DNA from: Gemmatimonadota bacterium | GTDB taxonomy: Bacteria; Gemmatimonadota; Gemmatimonadetes; Gemmatimonadales; GWC2-71-9 | Assembly: GCA_036679645.1 (NCBI GenBank) | Contig: JAZDCY010000028.1 | Span: 23,506 to 87,505 of the forward strand | Direction of reading: 5' to 3' | DNA length: 64,000 bases | Shown here: in pieces, positions 40,847 through 51,905 of the stretch | Layout: each line of letters opens with the position of its first letter | Numbering within the stretch: position 1 is the stretch's first letter | Made by a program: the position numbers and the translations under genes | The notes under the pieces: model-generated | What the model saw: only the letters and a program-made list of their open reading frames with translations | Told to the model about the DNA's origin: nothing | The model's database searches: none

Positions 40847-42307
40847 TCACGAGAGCGCCGCTTCCAGTCGCGCAACCGCCGCGTCGAAACTCAACGGCGC
40901 ACCCGTCGCCTCTTGCGCGAGGCGGTCTGCCGGATCTGCCTGGCCACACCGCATCAAGTCGAGTACGGCGCTACCCGCCTCCGGGTTCCGGTACCAGTCT
41001 TCACCGTGCCGCTCCAAGAGGGAAGTCGCCACGGCGGCCTCCAGCTGCCACGCTCGCAGATAACGGGCTGCATAGAATCCTGGGTCGATATCGCGCACGT
41101 AGTCGGACTCGGGATATCGAAATCGGGTGGCGTCCGTCAGCATCTCCGCATAGAGCCCGCTCATGTCGTCGAGCTCGCCCCTATGGAAAGCCAACTCATA
41201 CCGTAGCTTCGCGGCATATCGTCGGAGCATGTACAACTCGGCCACCGCCAACTCAAAGCGCAGTTCCCGCGTATCCGAGCCCGACAACTCCGCGTAGCGG
41301 CGCAGCCATCCATCGTCCAGCGTGAGGTGGTCCCACAACATCGCGAACCCCTCCGTAACCGAGTTGTCACCCAGCCATCGCTCCTGGAAGGGTCGCGACG
41401 GATCGACCGCCGCGAAGTGCATTGCGTGACCCAACTCATGCCAGAACGTGCGATAGTCGGTGTGCCCGCCGCTCGGCTGGATCACGAGATACACCTCGTC
41501 GGGCACGCATACCGGAGAACAGAACGCGCGCGGTTGTTTCCCCTCACGAGTCTCCACGTCGAACCGGACACGGCCGTTCTGGCAGGCATCGAGACCCATA
41601 TCGCGCATGTGCCGGAGGGCCGTCTCGACGAGCGTGTCTGGCGCAAAAGCAGCGTCGAACCGATCCGCGCGGAAAGTCCAACCCACATCGGCACGCACCA
41701 GTTCGCGCACGGGAATCCCAAGGCGGCGCTTGACGAGTCGGGCAAGGCTGTCGGCGTACGCGTCCTTCGTGCGGTCCAACAACGTCTGCGCCGTCGTACC
41801 CAACGCGTCGAGGTCGATACCCGATAGCGACGTGATGCAAGCGACGTAATCCGCCCCGAGATCGTGGCCGAGCATCATCTCTCGCTCCGACGCAAAGCGG
41901 CGACGATGAAGGTCGTTCAATCCTGCGGCACCGACCCGTGCGCGCTCGGCGTCCAACGCAATGCGATAGGCGCGATCGGGACTGTTCTGGAGCTCGATGG
42001 GGACCCGCAGGAAGGGAATCTCGCGTCCGTTCACCCGGACCGTTGCGGCCTGCTCCCACACCAACTGCTGCTCGTCCAGCGGGGCAAGCGTGCGACCGAT
42101 CCGCAAATCGATCAGCCATTCGAGCAAGACCGTGTCACCCGACGCACGCGCAACTTCGTAGGCTTCGTCGGACAGCAAGACGACGTGCCGTTGGTAGATC
42201 TGCTGGAACTGAGGTTCGCTCTTCAGCCCGGCACCGGTGAGATAGTACTCGCGCCCAAGCTCGCTCGTGAGCAGCTCACCGCGAGAGACCAACTCCGCGA
42301 GGTTCAC
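40847..42307 (-). CDS. M3/M32-like zinc metallopeptidase family protein
   Basis: 'R.GK.PRAFC', 'HELGHAMH', 'EGFAML', '[10 protein letters not shown]'. Confidence 0.75.
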   Translation of the reverse strand: MNLAELVSRGELLTSELGREYYLTGAGLKSEPQFQQIYQRHVVLLSDEAYEVARASGDTVLLEWLIDLRIGRTLAPLDEQQLVWEQAATVRVNGREIPFLRVPIELQNSPDRAYRIALDAERARVGAAGLNDLHRRRFASEREMMLGHDLGADYVACITSLSGIDLDALGTTAQTLLDRTKDAYADSLARLVKRRLGIPVRELVRADVGWTFRADRFDAAFAPDTLVETALRHMRDMGLDACQNGRVRFDVETREGKQPRAFCSPVCVPDEVYLVIQPSGGHTDYRTFWHELGHAMHFAAVDPSRPFQERWLGDNSVTEGFAMLWDHLTLDDGWLRRYAELSGSDTRELRFELAVAELYMLRRYAAKLRYELAFHRGELDDMSGLYAEMLTDATRFRYPESDYVRDIDPGFYAARYLRAWQLEAAVATSLLERHGEDWYRNPEAGSAVLDLMRCGQADPADRLAQEATGAPLSFDAAVARLEAALS

Positions 42308-43638
42308 TCGGCGAGACGGTCCGATAAGTAGGCCGCGAGCTGATCCTGCGCGATGCGTTCCTGCTGCAGCGTATCGCGGTCCCGCACCGTCACCGTCTGG
42401 TCCTCCAGCGTCTGACCGTCGATCGTGATGCCAAACGGCGTGCCCGCCTCGTCCTGGCGCCGGTACCGTCTCCCGATCGAGCCACCGTCGTCGTAGAAGA
42501 TCGGCATCCGACCGCGCAAGTCACCGGCAATGCGGCGCGCGACCTCGGGCATGCCGTCCTTCTTCACGAGCGGAAAGACACCAGCCTTGATTGGAGCCAA
42601 AGACGGCTGCAGACGCAGAACGACCCGCTGCTCGCCCCCGATCTCCTCTTCGTGATACGCGTCGACGAGAGCGACGAGTGCCAGTCGATCGGCGCCTAGC
42701 GACGTCTCGATGATGTACGGAATGAACCGTTCCTTGGACGCGGGATCGAGGTACTCGAGTTTCTTGCCGGACGACGCCTGGTGCCGGCTTAGATCGAAGT
42801 CCGTGCGGTTGTGAATCCCCTCGAATTCCTTCCACCCGAAGGGAAACTCGTACTCGATGTCGTAGCCATCCTTGGCGTAGTGCGCGAGTTCATCGGACGT
42901 ATGCTGATGAAAGCGCAACTTGTCGGGGTTCAACCCGAGTCCCCGGAGCCACTGCATGCGCTGTTCGCGCCACTCCTCGAACCAGCGGTCGTCGTCACCG
43001 GGCTTGACGAAGTACTGCATCTCCATCTGCTCGAACTCGCGCGTACGAAAGATGAAGTTCCCGGGCGTGATTTCGTTGCGAAACGCTTTCCCGATCTGAG
43101 CGATGCCAAACGGGATTTTCTGCCGCGATGCCTGCATCACGTTCAGGTAGTTGACATATATACCCTGCGCCGTTTCCGGACGCAGGTACACGACCGCGGC
43201 ACTCTCCTCCACCGGGCCCATGAACGTCTTGAACATCAGGTTGAACTGTCGGGGGTCGGTGAGCGTTCCCTTGCTGCCGCACACGGGACACTGTCCTTCC
43301 GGCGTTCCCGGTTCACCCTTGATGCGTTCGTCGTCGGCACGAAACCGGTTCTTGCACTGGCGGCAGTCCACGAGCGGGTCGGTGAATCCCTCGACGTGCC
43401 CCGACGCTTCCCACACGCGGGGATGCATGAGGATAGCCGCGTCGATGCCCTCGATGTCGTCACGCTCGAGCACCATCGACCGCCACCACCGGTCCTTGAT
43501 GTTGCGCTTCAGTTCGACCCCGAGCGGACCGTAGTCCCACACCGAGCCCAAACCGCCGTAGATTTCGGACGACTGGAAAATGAACCCCCGCCGCTTGGCG
43601 AGGGACACGAGCTTATCCATCACGGACGGTGTGGCCAT
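42304..43638 (-). CDS. glyQS: Glycine--tRNA ligase (alpha2 type)
   Basis: 'KRRGF...S.IYGG', 'FNLMF', 'YLRPETAQG', 'FRNEITP', '[14 protein letters not shown]'. Confidence 0.97.
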   Translation of the reverse strand: MATPSVMDKLVSLAKRRGFIFQSSEIYGGLGSVWDYGPLGVELKRNIKDRWWRSMVLERDDIEGIDAAILMHPRVWEASGHVEGFTDPLVDCRQCKNRFRADDERIKGEPGTPEGQCPVCGSKGTLTDPRQFNLMFKTFMGPVEESAAVVYLRPETAQGIYVNYLNVMQASRQKIPFGIAQIGKAFRNEITPGNFIFRTREFEQMEMQYFVKPGDDDRWFEEWREQRMQWLRGLGLNPDKLRFHQHTSDELAHYAKDGYDIEYEFPFGWKEFEGIHNRTDFDLSRHQASSGKKLEYLDPASKERFIPYIIETSLGADRLALVALVDAYHEEEIGGEQRVVLRLQPSLAPIKAGVFPLVKKDGMPEVARRIAGDLRGRMPIFYDDGGSIGRRYRRQDEAGTPFGITIDGQTLEDQTVTVRDRDTLQQERIAQDQLAAYLSDRLAE

Positions 43639-44424
43639 CGGCGTAGGCTTTGTGGTGTTGGCTGTAATGAGAAAACGGTTTTGGAAGATAGATGCCCGTC
43701 TAGGCACCCGGCAAGCGGAGCACGCGACCGACCAGCCGCTCGAGACCATCCGCGAGTTGTTTGGCCCGCTCCTCGGAGGCTCCCTTCTGGGCGGCAATGG
43801 GCGCTAGGCTGGGTCCGGGCACCGTGTGTCCGGTCTGGTGCGTCAGATGGGACCCCAGCGCGTCCAGCAGCCTGTCCCCTCCGTCACTGCCAATCAGCAC
43901 GTGCGCGTCGGGTGATCCCCCGACGAAACACGGTGGCGACCTGGGCCGCACTCAGCGTCTCCCTGAACGCCTGTGCAACTCCGAGAACCGATGGCGCAGA
44001 ATGCCTCAGCGTTCCTCACCCGTGCGGAAGACAGAAGAACATAAGATGAAGAATGGCAGAGACTTGCACAATTCTTGAGGCTGTCGTATTTTTTCGTCCG
44101 ACGCCAGCTTCTCGTGGCTCGGGGTGAATGGATGCACCCACGCTCTCCTGTTCTGGGATTCGACCGGCTCCCGCACGCGCCTTGCGACGGGACAAGTTCC
44201 CGCCTGAGCCCACACCAATCCATGCATTATGCACGACGCCAGCATCTGGCTACCGCCATAAACCATTGCAACAAAAGAGTTTATAGTGAGGCACGTCCCT
44301 TGCGTTGGTCTGATGTTGGACTGGTACGGTATGGAGACCGTTCTGCCGATCCTCAAGGGAGTGAGTCGGTCCAACTATCCATGACTGTTCACGGGGCGGT
44401 TCCCCGAGGAGCAATAGCTCACAT

Positions 44425-46785
44425 ATGCTCAGGCCGGTAGAGAGCGAGTCCGGCACTCCGCAGAGCGTGCAACGCGACGTGCACCTCCGCGATCTGTTCG
44501 CCATCATCCGACGGCATTGGAAGATCGTGGTGATCATCGTGTCGCTGGTGACCGCGGGCGCGTGGTATTCGAGCCGGGGCACGGTGCCGCAGTATCAGTC
44601 GCGACTGACCGTCCAGATCAATTCCCCCAAGCAGGTTTTTGCGCGCCTCGACGATATCGATGTCGATGAGTTCGCGCTCAAGACCGACCCGATTCTGTCG
44701 GAGGCGTTGGTACTCACGACACAGGATCTGGCCCTTGGGATCGTCCTCGCCTTGGACCTGCACCTCGAGCTCGACGACCCCACACTTTCGCGATCGCAGT
44801 ATCTCGCCGGTGTGCGGGTCGATTCAGCCGCGCCGCCGGGCCAATACACGATGGAGTACCGTGGTACGGATGGCTACGTGATCCGCAACGCCGCAGGCGG
44901 TGTCGTGGCCGAGGGCCCCTACACAGCGGTCGCGACCGGACCCGGGTTCCAGTTCACCGTGCTACCGGTGCAGGAATCGGGCACCCTGGGGTTCTCGGTG
45001 CGCACGCCGGCATTCACGGCCTCTTGGGTGAGCGCGGGCGTGAACTACGCGGTGCGGGATGGCACCAACGCGGTCGATATCTACTTCACCGGCACCGATT
45101 GGCGCCTCGTCCCCCGTATCCTCAATCAGGCGGCACTCGAGCTGCGCAACGAGGGTGCCAACCGGGCGTTGGGGATTGCCTCGAAGAAGCGCGAGTACAT
45201 CCAGCAACAGCTGAGCCTGGCGAACGCGGCATTCCAGGTGAAGCTCGCCGAACTCCAGGAGTTCAAGGAGCGGCGTGAGATAGCCGATCTGTCGGCGGAG
45301 GCGACGGCTCGCATTGGCGCGCTGCAGCGACTCGAGCAGGAACGCCAGCGCCTGCTGATTCAGCTGGCCACGATCGACTCGGCGGTCGGTGGGGACAGCA
45401 CTATCGGGATCGAGATGCTCAACCGCCTCTCGTCGATCGAGGCGGCCGGCAGCAACGCGGCGCTCGACTTCCAACTCCAGAACCTGCTTCAACTCTACGA
45501 GGAACGCCGGGCTCTGACGGTCGGATCACAGGGTCTGCGCGCAACCAACCCGCGAGTCGAGGCCTTCGATCAACGGATCGTCGCGGCGCACCGCGCGCTG
45601 AGCGACGCGGTGGGGGCGGCCCGCAACAACTTCCTCGTCCGCCTCGACGGTCTGGAACAGGAGATCGACGACGTGCGCGCCACGCTGCGCCGGATCCCCG
45701 GGATGGAGAATCGGATTGCGCAGCTCGAGTTGGAGCGGAGCATCCAGGAACAGACGACGCGCTACTTGCTGGGCCAGCTCGAGAGCGCCCGGATGCAGGA
45801 GGCGACGATCGGGCCGTACGTGAACATCATGGACGGTGCCTCACCCGCCTACCGGATCGGGACGAGCATCAAACAGAAAATCATGCTCGGGTTGCTGGTC
45901 GGTCTGCTGCTGGGATTGGGCGGGGCGTTCTTCCTCGAGTATCTGGATCAGACCATCAAGAGCGCCCACGATCTGGAGCGCGTGCTGGGCGTGCCCGTGC
46001 TGGCCATGATCCCCTACGACGCCAAGTTGGCCGGTAGACCTAACGGAAAGGGCCCGCCGATCACCGTCATCACGGCGCTGGGCGTGGACGATCCGATCGC
46101 CGAAGCGTATCGCACGCTCCGCACCAATGTCACGTTCGTGAGTGCTGAGAAGCCGCTGCAGTTCATCTCGCTGACGAGCCCGGGACCGGGCGAGGGGAAG
46201 TCCACGACCACCGTGAACCTCGCAGTCACCCTGGCGCAGGGCGGGCATAGAACCATTCTCATCGATGGCGACCTCCGCCGGCCGCTCGTTCACCGGGCGT
46301 TTGCCGTGATGCGCGAGCCGGGCCTCACGGACATTCTGATTGGACAGGCTCAGGCGCGCGAGGCGATCCGCCCGGAAGTAATTGGCAATCTGGATATTCT
46401 GCCAAGTGGCTCGAGCCCACCGAACCCGTCGGAGTTGCTCGGGTCGGACGTGATGCACTCCCTAATTGCCGATCTGCGGCGCGAGTACGACTACATCATA
46501 ATCGACACACCGCCCATCCTCCCCGTGACGGATGCGACGGTCGTGGCGACGACTACAGATGCGACGATTCTGACCATTCGGAGTGGCGACACGGAAGAGG
46601 TCCCTGCACGGCGGGCAATGGAGCAGTTGCGACGCATCAACGCGCGCGTTGCGGGCGCGGTGCTAAACGGCGTGAACCGGTCGCGCGACGAGTCGTACGG
46701 CTACTACTCCTATCAGCGCAACGTGCCGTACCTGGCGCGCTCGCCGCGACGGTCTGTACGCGCGCGGATCGCCGATATCTTTTGA
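44425..46785 (+). CDS. wzc: Polysaccharide co-polymerase/tyrosine autokinase (Wzc/GumC family)
   Basis: Wzz N-terminal TM, coiled coil, 'EAYRTLRTN', Walker A 'GEGKST', 'DGDLRRP', 'DTPP', Tyr cluster 'YGYYSY'. Confidence 0.9.
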   Translation: MLRPVESESGTPQSVQRDVHLRDLFAIIRRHWKIVVIIVSLVTAGAWYSSRGTVPQYQSRLTVQINSPKQVFARLDDIDVDEFALKTDPILSEALVLTTQDLALGIVLALDLHLELDDPTLSRSQYLAGVRVDSAAPPGQYTMEYRGTDGYVIRNAAGGVVAEGPYTAVATGPGFQFTVLPVQESGTLGFSVRTPAFTASWVSAGVNYAVRDGTNAVDIYFTGTDWRLVPRILNQAALELRNEGANRALGIASKKREYIQQQLSLANAAFQVKLAELQEFKERREIADLSAEATARIGALQRLEQERQRLLIQLATIDSAVGGDSTIGIEMLNRLSSIEAAGSNAALDFQLQNLLQLYEERRALTVGSQGLRATNPRVEAFDQRIVAAHRALSDAVGAARNNFLVRLDGLEQEIDDVRATLRRIPGMENRIAQLELERSIQEQTTRYLLGQLESARMQEATIGPYVNIMDGASPAYRIGTSIKQKIMLGLLVGLLLGLGGAFFLEYLDQTIKSAHDLERVLGVPVLAMIPYDAKLAGRPNGKGPPITVITALGVDDPIAEAYRTLRTNVTFVSAEKPLQFISLTSPGPGEGKSTTTVNLAVTLAQGGHRTILIDGDLRRPLVHRAFAVMREPGLTDILIGQAQAREAIRPEVIGNLDILPSGSSPPNPSELLGSDVMHSLIADLRREYDYIIIDTPPILPVTDATVVATTTDATILTIRSGDTEEVPARRAMEQLRRINARVAGAVLNGVNRSRDESYGYYSYQRNVPYLARSPRRSVRARIADIF

Positions 46786-46812
46786 ACGTAGAAGTCGGAC
46801 GCTGACGAGTCG

Positions 46813-48093
46813 TTATTCCCTGATAATCTGTTCACGGCGTGATCCGACGCTCACGTACGCAATGTGCGTCTCGGCAAGGTCCTGGATGCGGTCGAGGTAC
46901 GCGCGGGCTTGCGGTGGGAGATCTGCGAGCCGTCGTGCGCCGGTAGTCGGGCGGCACCATCCATCGAGGACTTCGTAGATCGGTTCGACGCGGTCGAGGG
47001 TCTCGGGATCAGCGGCTACGTCATCCACCGTATCACCATCGATTCGATACCCGACACAAACACGCAACTGCTCTAGCGTGTCCAGCACGTCGAGTTTGGT
47101 GACCGCGAGATCCGTGAGCCCGTTGACGCGGACCGCGTACCGCACCACCACGGCGTCGAACCAGCCGCACCGTCTCGGCCGACCCGTCGTTGCTCCGAAT
47201 TCGTCGCCGAGCTGCCGAAACGTCTCGCTGACCGAATCATCCATCTCGGTCGGTAGCGGCCCGTTACCGACACGCGTGGAGTACGCCTTCACGACGCCAA
47301 GGACCGCGTCGATCGCGGTGGGACCTATTCCCGCACCGATCGTTGCGCCACCGGCGGTGGTGTTCGATGACGTGACATACGGGTAGGTCCCGTGATCGAC
47401 ATCGAGCAGCGCGCCCTGCGCGCCTTCGAGCAGGATGCGCCGACCGTTGCGTAGCGCCGTGTAGGTCAGTTTCCCTGTATCCGTCACCAGGGGCAGGATG
47501 CGCGGCGCCACCCGTTCGAGCAGCGCCACGTGCTCGTCGGCGGACGCGCGCTCCGCCGAATCGAGTCGCTCGAGCCAGGCGTTCACGCGTTCCACCCGCT
47601 CGGCGAGCACCGTGGGTAAGCGATCCAGGGCACGTAGGTCACCGACGCGCAATCCGCGTCGCGCAATCTTGTCCTCGTACGCAGGTCCGATCCCTCGCCC
47701 GGTCGTCCCGATCCGCTGCCGTCGCTCGCGTGCGTGATCCATCAGTTTGTGGTACGGCAATACGAGGTGCGCGCGGTCGGACACGGCGAGCCTTCTCTGC
47801 ACGTCGATCCCGCGGGCCGAGAGACCGTCGATCTCACCCAGCAGCGTTTCGGGATCGAGTACGACACCATTCCCGATCACGCATTGGGTGTTGGGATGGA
47901 GAATCCCGGAGGGGATCTGATGGAGAATGAACTCATCGGCGTCGATGACGACGGTGTGTCCCGCGTTGGCACCGCCCTGATACCGTACCACCAGATCGGC
48001 CTGCTCGGAGAGCACATCGACGATCTTGCCCTTGCCCTCATCACCCCACTGGGCACCCACCACCACCACACACTGCCGCTTCGGACCAAACAC
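46813..48093 (-). CDS. purA: Adenylosuccinate synthetase
   Basis: 'QWGDEGKGK', 'GGANAGHT', 'GTTGRGIGP', 'EGAQG', 'TTGRPRRCGW'. Confidence 0.98.
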   Translation of the reverse strand: MFGPKRQCVVVVGAQWGDEGKGKIVDVLSEQADLVVRYQGGANAGHTVVIDADEFILHQIPSGILHPNTQCVIGNGVVLDPETLLGEIDGLSARGIDVQRRLAVSDRAHLVLPYHKLMDHARERRQRIGTTGRGIGPAYEDKIARRGLRVGDLRALDRLPTVLAERVERVNAWLERLDSAERASADEHVALLERVAPRILPLVTDTGKLTYTALRNGRRILLEGAQGALLDVDHGTYPYVTSSNTTAGGATIGAGIGPTAIDAVLGVVKAYSTRVGNGPLPTEMDDSVSETFRQLGDEFGATTGRPRRCGWFDAVVVRYAVRVNGLTDLAVTKLDVLDTLEQLRVCVGYRIDGDTVDDVAADPETLDRVEPIYEVLDGWCRPTTGARRLADLPPQARAYLDRIQDLAETHIAYVSVGSRREQIIRE

Positions 48094-48119
48094 CAGCGTC
48101 TCCGATGCGAAGGGTTGGG

Positions 48120-49013
48120 CTACGCGGCGAGGCCCGCGTCACGGAGCACGGCCTCGACCGCATCGCGGTCCGCCGGGCGGAGGTCGCGCAAGGGCGCGCG
48201 AACCGGTCCGCCATCGAGGCCAACGAGATCGGACGCCGCCTTGATGCCGGGCACGCCCCGCTGCGAGACGACGGCCTGATTGAGCGGCGACAGCCGCTCC
48301 TGCGCGGCACCGGCTCCCGGCCGATCACCGTGGCCGAATGCGCTGTCCACTGCCAGCGCTACCTGTGCGGCGAACATCGCCACCGCCAACACACCACCCA
48401 CCGCACCCAACTCGAGTGCCGCATAGTAGTGCGACCCCGATCCAATGAACAACGCCCACTCCGGAGCCGCCTTGCGGTACGCAGCGAAATTCTTCAGGTC
48501 GCCCGAGGAGTCCTTGGCACCCACCAGATTCGGGTGCTCGGACAGGGCGCCGATGACGCTCTCGTGCAACGCCAGGTGCGTGTACTTCGGGATATTGTAG
48601 GCCAGCACAGGGACGGGAGACGCCTCCGCCACGCTCCGGAAATGCTCGATGAGATCCGCACTGGAGAGCGAAGGGCCGTAGTAGGCCGGCGGCCTTACGA
48701 GCACGGCATCGGCGCCATGCTTGCCTGCCGTGCGACACGCGGCGATCGTTGCGCGCGTCGACTCGCGACCGGCACCTGCCACGAGAAGTCGATCCTCCGG
48801 GACGACATCACGCAACCACGCGATGACTTGCTCGTACTCCTCATCGCTCAGGAGCGCCGCTTCGCCGGTAGACCCGGTAGCGAGGATCCCGGCAACTCCC
48901 TGGTCCAGCAGCGCCCGGGCGTTGCTGCGCAGCGCGACCGGCGCCACGTCACCGGTGACGCGGTCGAAAGGGGTGATGATCGGAACGAGTAATCCGCCGA
49001 GAGTTTGCCTCAC
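48120..49013 (-). CDS. Dihydrodipicolinate synthase family (DapA-like) aldolase
   Basis: 'ITPF', 'GSTGE', 'YNIP', Schiff-base Lys in 'KDSSGD'. Confidence 0.88.
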   Translation of the reverse strand: MRQTLGGLLVPIITPFDRVTGDVAPVALRSNARALLDQGVAGILATGSTGEAALLSDEEYEQVIAWLRDVVPEDRLLVAGAGRESTRATIAACRTAGKHGADAVLVRPPAYYGPSLSSADLIEHFRSVAEASPVPVLAYNIPKYTHLALHESVIGALSEHPNLVGAKDSSGDLKNFAAYRKAAPEWALFIGSGSHYYAALELGAVGGVLAVAMFAAQVALAVDSAFGHGDRPGAGAAQERLSPLNQAVVSQRGVPGIKAASDLVGLDGGPVRAPLRDLRPADRDAVEAVLRDAGLAA

Positions 49014-50206
49014 GACGACATGAAGTCGAGACCGTCTGTGAGACCTTCCATCTCCGTATCGTCCCCGCCCTTCTCATCCTTCGTCGCACCACTCTGCGGT
49101 TCCGCCGGCTGCTCCTTGGGCTTCGTGACCGTTTGGGTCCGGCGGCGGAGTGTCGTCAGTTTGAGCTCGAAGTCGGACGGATTGCTTGCGGCGGCACGTG
49201 CGACCTCGAACGTGACGGTTTCAGCATCGACCAGGTCCATCAGGTGTTGGTCGAACGTCTGCATTCCGTATTGGTCGCGCCCTTCGGCAATGTAGTCGGG
49301 GATCTCCCCTACCCTATCGGGACTGCGGATGAGATCGCGGATGGTGGATGTCGCAATCATCACTTCCACCGCCGCACAGCGCCCCTCACCGTCGGCCCGG
49401 GGTAGTAGCCGCTGCGAGATCACCGCGTGCAATGACTCCGCCAACCGAATTCGAGTCACCTCCTGCTCCTCGGCGGGGAACATGGCCACGATGCGCGAGA
49501 TCGTGGTGACCGCGTCGGGCGTGTGCAACGTGGACATCAGCAAGTGACCCGTCTCCGCCGCCTTCATTGCCGTGTCGATCGTCTCCGCATCCCGCATCTC
49601 GCCGATCAACACAACATCGGGATCCTGGCGCAACGCGGCGCGGAGTCCCGCGGCGAACGACTCGGTGTCGACGCCGATCTCCCGCTGCGTCACCGATGAG
49701 GTAACGTCGCGATGCAGAAACTCGATCGGGTTCTCCAACGTGACGATATGCTTGTTGAAAGTCGCATTGACGTGGTGAACGAGCGCCGCCAAGGTCGACG
49801 TTTTTCCGCTTCCCGTCACGCCCGTCACGAGAATCATCCCGCGCTCGGCCTCCGCGATCCGGCCCAGCACCGATGGCAGCCCGAGGCGCTCGATGTTCGG
49901 AACCTCGAACGGGATCACCCGCATGACGATCATGAACGACGACCGTTGTCGCAGGATGTTTACGCGGAACCGCCCCACACCCGGCGCGCCCCACGAGCAG
50001 TCATAGTCCCTGATCTCGTCGATCCGCGCCCGGTCCGCATCGTTCGACATCAGCTGCTGCGCGATCGCCTTGGTCTGTTCGGGCGTCAAGCGCTGTTTTG
50101 TGAGCGGCTTCAACTTGCCGTCGATCCGTGCCCGGAACACGTCCCCCGCCTTGATGTGCAGGTCGGAAGCACCTCGCTCAACCGCCGCCTTGATGATGTT
50201 CTCCAT
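49010..50206 (-). CDS. pilT: PilT/PilU type IV pilus retraction ATPase
   Basis: 'ASDLHI', 'GVTGSGKTST', 'QREIG.DT', 'ALRQDPDV..IGEMRD', 'AETGHL..STLHT', 'GMQTFD'. Confidence 0.92.
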   Translation of the reverse strand: MENIIKAAVERGASDLHIKAGDVFRARIDGKLKPLTKQRLTPEQTKAIAQQLMSNDADRARIDEIRDYDCSWGAPGVGRFRVNILRQRSSFMIVMRVIPFEVPNIERLGLPSVLGRIAEAERGMILVTGVTGSGKTSTLAALVHHVNATFNKHIVTLENPIEFLHRDVTSSVTQREIGVDTESFAAGLRAALRQDPDVVLIGEMRDAETIDTAMKAAETGHLLMSTLHTPDAVTTISRIVAMFPAEEQEVTRIRLAESLHAVISQRLLPRADGEGRCAAVEVMIATSTIRDLIRSPDRVGEIPDYIAEGRDQYGMQTFDQHLMDLVDAETVTFEVARAAASNPSDFELKLTTLRRRTQTVTKPKEQPAEPQSGATKDEKGGDDTEMEGLTDGLDFMSS

Positions 50207-50209
50207 AGC

Positions 50210-51238
50210 TCAGTATCCCGCCTCGAGATCGACCTCGTTGTCCATACGCTCGCCACGCAGGTATCGCTCGATATTCCCCACGATCAGCGCCGACTCCCGC
50301 TTCCAAAACCGGTCGGACACGCCACTAACGTGAGGCAGCACCAGCACGCGCGGGTGCCCCCAGAAAGGGTGCTCCGGTGGAAGCGGCTCCTCACAGAAGA
50401 CATCCAGCACGCACCCCGCGAGGCGACCGCTCTCCAGGTGCGCGAGCACGGCCTCCTCGTCCAGCACCGTTCCCCGGGCCACGTTCACCAGGAACGCGCC
50501 CGCGGGGAGCGCGTCGAGCACCGCCGGCCCGACCAACCCCACCGTCTGCCCCGTACCCGGAACAGAGAGCACCAGCACATCGCTCTCGCGAGCCAGGTCG
50601 ACAACGGCATCCGGCCCCCGCACCCACACTACGCACTGGGGGGCGGGTTTCGCTGGATTGCGCCGCACCGCCCTGACCGGCATCCCCAGGGCCGCGCACC
50701 GACGGGCGAGCGCCTGCCCGATCCCGCCAAACCCCACGATCCCGACCCGCGTGCCGGCCAACTCGCCGACGCGCATCTGCCCATTCGTGAACCGATCCTT
50801 GGCCCAGCGACGTTCCGCCTGCGCCTGCACGGCCTCGTGAAAGCCCCGGAGGCAAAACGCGATCGCGGCAATCAGGCTATCCGCGATCGGCTCGGCGTAC
50901 ATGCCGCGGGAGCTGGTCAGGACCGCACCGGTCTCACGGAAAGCCTGCGAGAGGCTCCCGCCGGCTCCCGCCGACGCGGTGTGCGCCCACCGGATTGACC
51001 CTGACGCCGCCCGCGCGACGCCCTCGGGAATACCCCATCCAATGTAAACCTCTGCGCCAACCGCGAGACGGCAGGCCTCTGGTGAGCCCGCCCCCCCATC
51101 CCCGTCACTCGACGTCACAGCACGGACCTCGTCGACCTGCCAATCCGTCCCAAGGGCCCGGCGGATCTTTGCCAACGTGTCAGCCGGCGCCGACCACAAG
51201 GGACGCGACGACGCCAGATCGACGACCGCCCGTCTCAC
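50210..51238 (-). CDS. D-2-hydroxyacid dehydrogenase family protein
   Basis: 'GIVGFGGIG', 'VNVARG', 'LDVF..EPLP', 'PHVSG'. Confidence 0.92.
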   Translation of the reverse strand: MRRAVVDLASSRPLWSAPADTLAKIRRALGTDWQVDEVRAVTSSDGDGGAGSPEACRLAVGAEVYIGWGIPEGVARAASGSIRWAHTASAGAGGSLSQAFRETGAVLTSSRGMYAEPIADSLIAAIAFCLRGFHEAVQAQAERRWAKDRFTNGQMRVGELAGTRVGIVGFGGIGQALARRCAALGMPVRAVRRNPAKPAPQCVVWVRGPDAVVDLARESDVLVLSVPGTGQTVGLVGPAVLDALPAGAFLVNVARGTVLDEEAVLAHLESGRLAGCVLDVFCEEPLPPEHPFWGHPRVLVLPHVSGVSDRFWKRESALIVGNIERYLRGERMDNEVDLEAGY

Positions 51239-51876
51239 TCGTCGATAGAGAGTTTGTAAGAGCCCGTCATGCGGAGGACGGAGAGCCTTGCCCGATCGTG
51301 GAGACGCTTGGGACCACGCATGGAGAGCTGGACGCGCATGCGATCGTGATCGAGCGACTCTGTTTCCAGCACCTCGACCTCGAGGCCTTTTTGTCGCACC
51401 AGTTCCTCCACCTGCGCCGCCCCATCCTCGGTTTGGTCGACCTCGACGGTCAGCTTACTGACCAGGGAGCGCCGGTGGACGAACCTCTCGACGGGGCCCA
51501 ACCCGCCGAGGACTACGAGCAACAGGAGCGTAACTCCCGCAGCCTCGAATACCGCACCGGCGCCGAGAGCCACGCCGATGGCGGCAACCACCCAGATGGT
51601 CGCCGCACTGGTGAGGCCGGTGATTCCACCGCGCGCGCGCAAAATCGTGCCCGCCCCAATGAACCCGACGCCGGTCACGATCTGGGCCGCGATGCGCGAT
51701 GGATCGCCGGTGGCTCCCGTCATGCGCATGGAAAGCTGTGTGAAGAGCGTGGCACCGACACAAATCAGGATGTTCGTGCGCAGCCCCGCGGCCTTTGCCT
51801 TCACCTCCCGCTCGAAGCCGACAGCTCCCCCGAACAACACCGCCAGCAGCAGTGCACCCAACAAGTCCAGGCGCAA
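51235..51876 (-). CDS. mgtC: MgtC/SapB family membrane protein
   Basis: 'G.ERE...K.AGLRT', 'DPSRIAAQIVTGVGFIGAG.I', 'GLTSAATIW'; may start further upstream (see findings). Confidence 0.9.
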   Translation of the reverse strand: MRLDLLGALLLAVLFGGAVGFEREVKAKAAGLRTNILICVGATLFTQLSMRMTGATGDPSRIAAQIVTGVGFIGAGTILRARGGITGLTSAATIWVVAAIGVALGAGAVFEAAGVTLLLLVVLGGLGPVERFVHRRSLVSKLTVEVDQTEDGAAQVEELVRQKGLEVEVLETESLDHDRMRVQLSMRGPKRLHDRARLSVLRMTGSYKLSIDE

Positions 51877-51905
51877 CGATTCGACCAGGTGTTGCCACAG
51901 CTCAG

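Noticed and set aside
44243..44257. GGCGGTAGC (ops/JUMPstart-like) near wzc
   Set aside because: It is on the strand opposite to wzc and lacks the downstream TG of the ops consensus.
7411..50998. Many long antisense or alternate-frame ORFs (e.g. 11499-13064, 13671-15044, 33162-34499, 42811-44049, 49712-50998)
   Set aside because: They shadow well-supported genes and are expected from high-GC codon bias.
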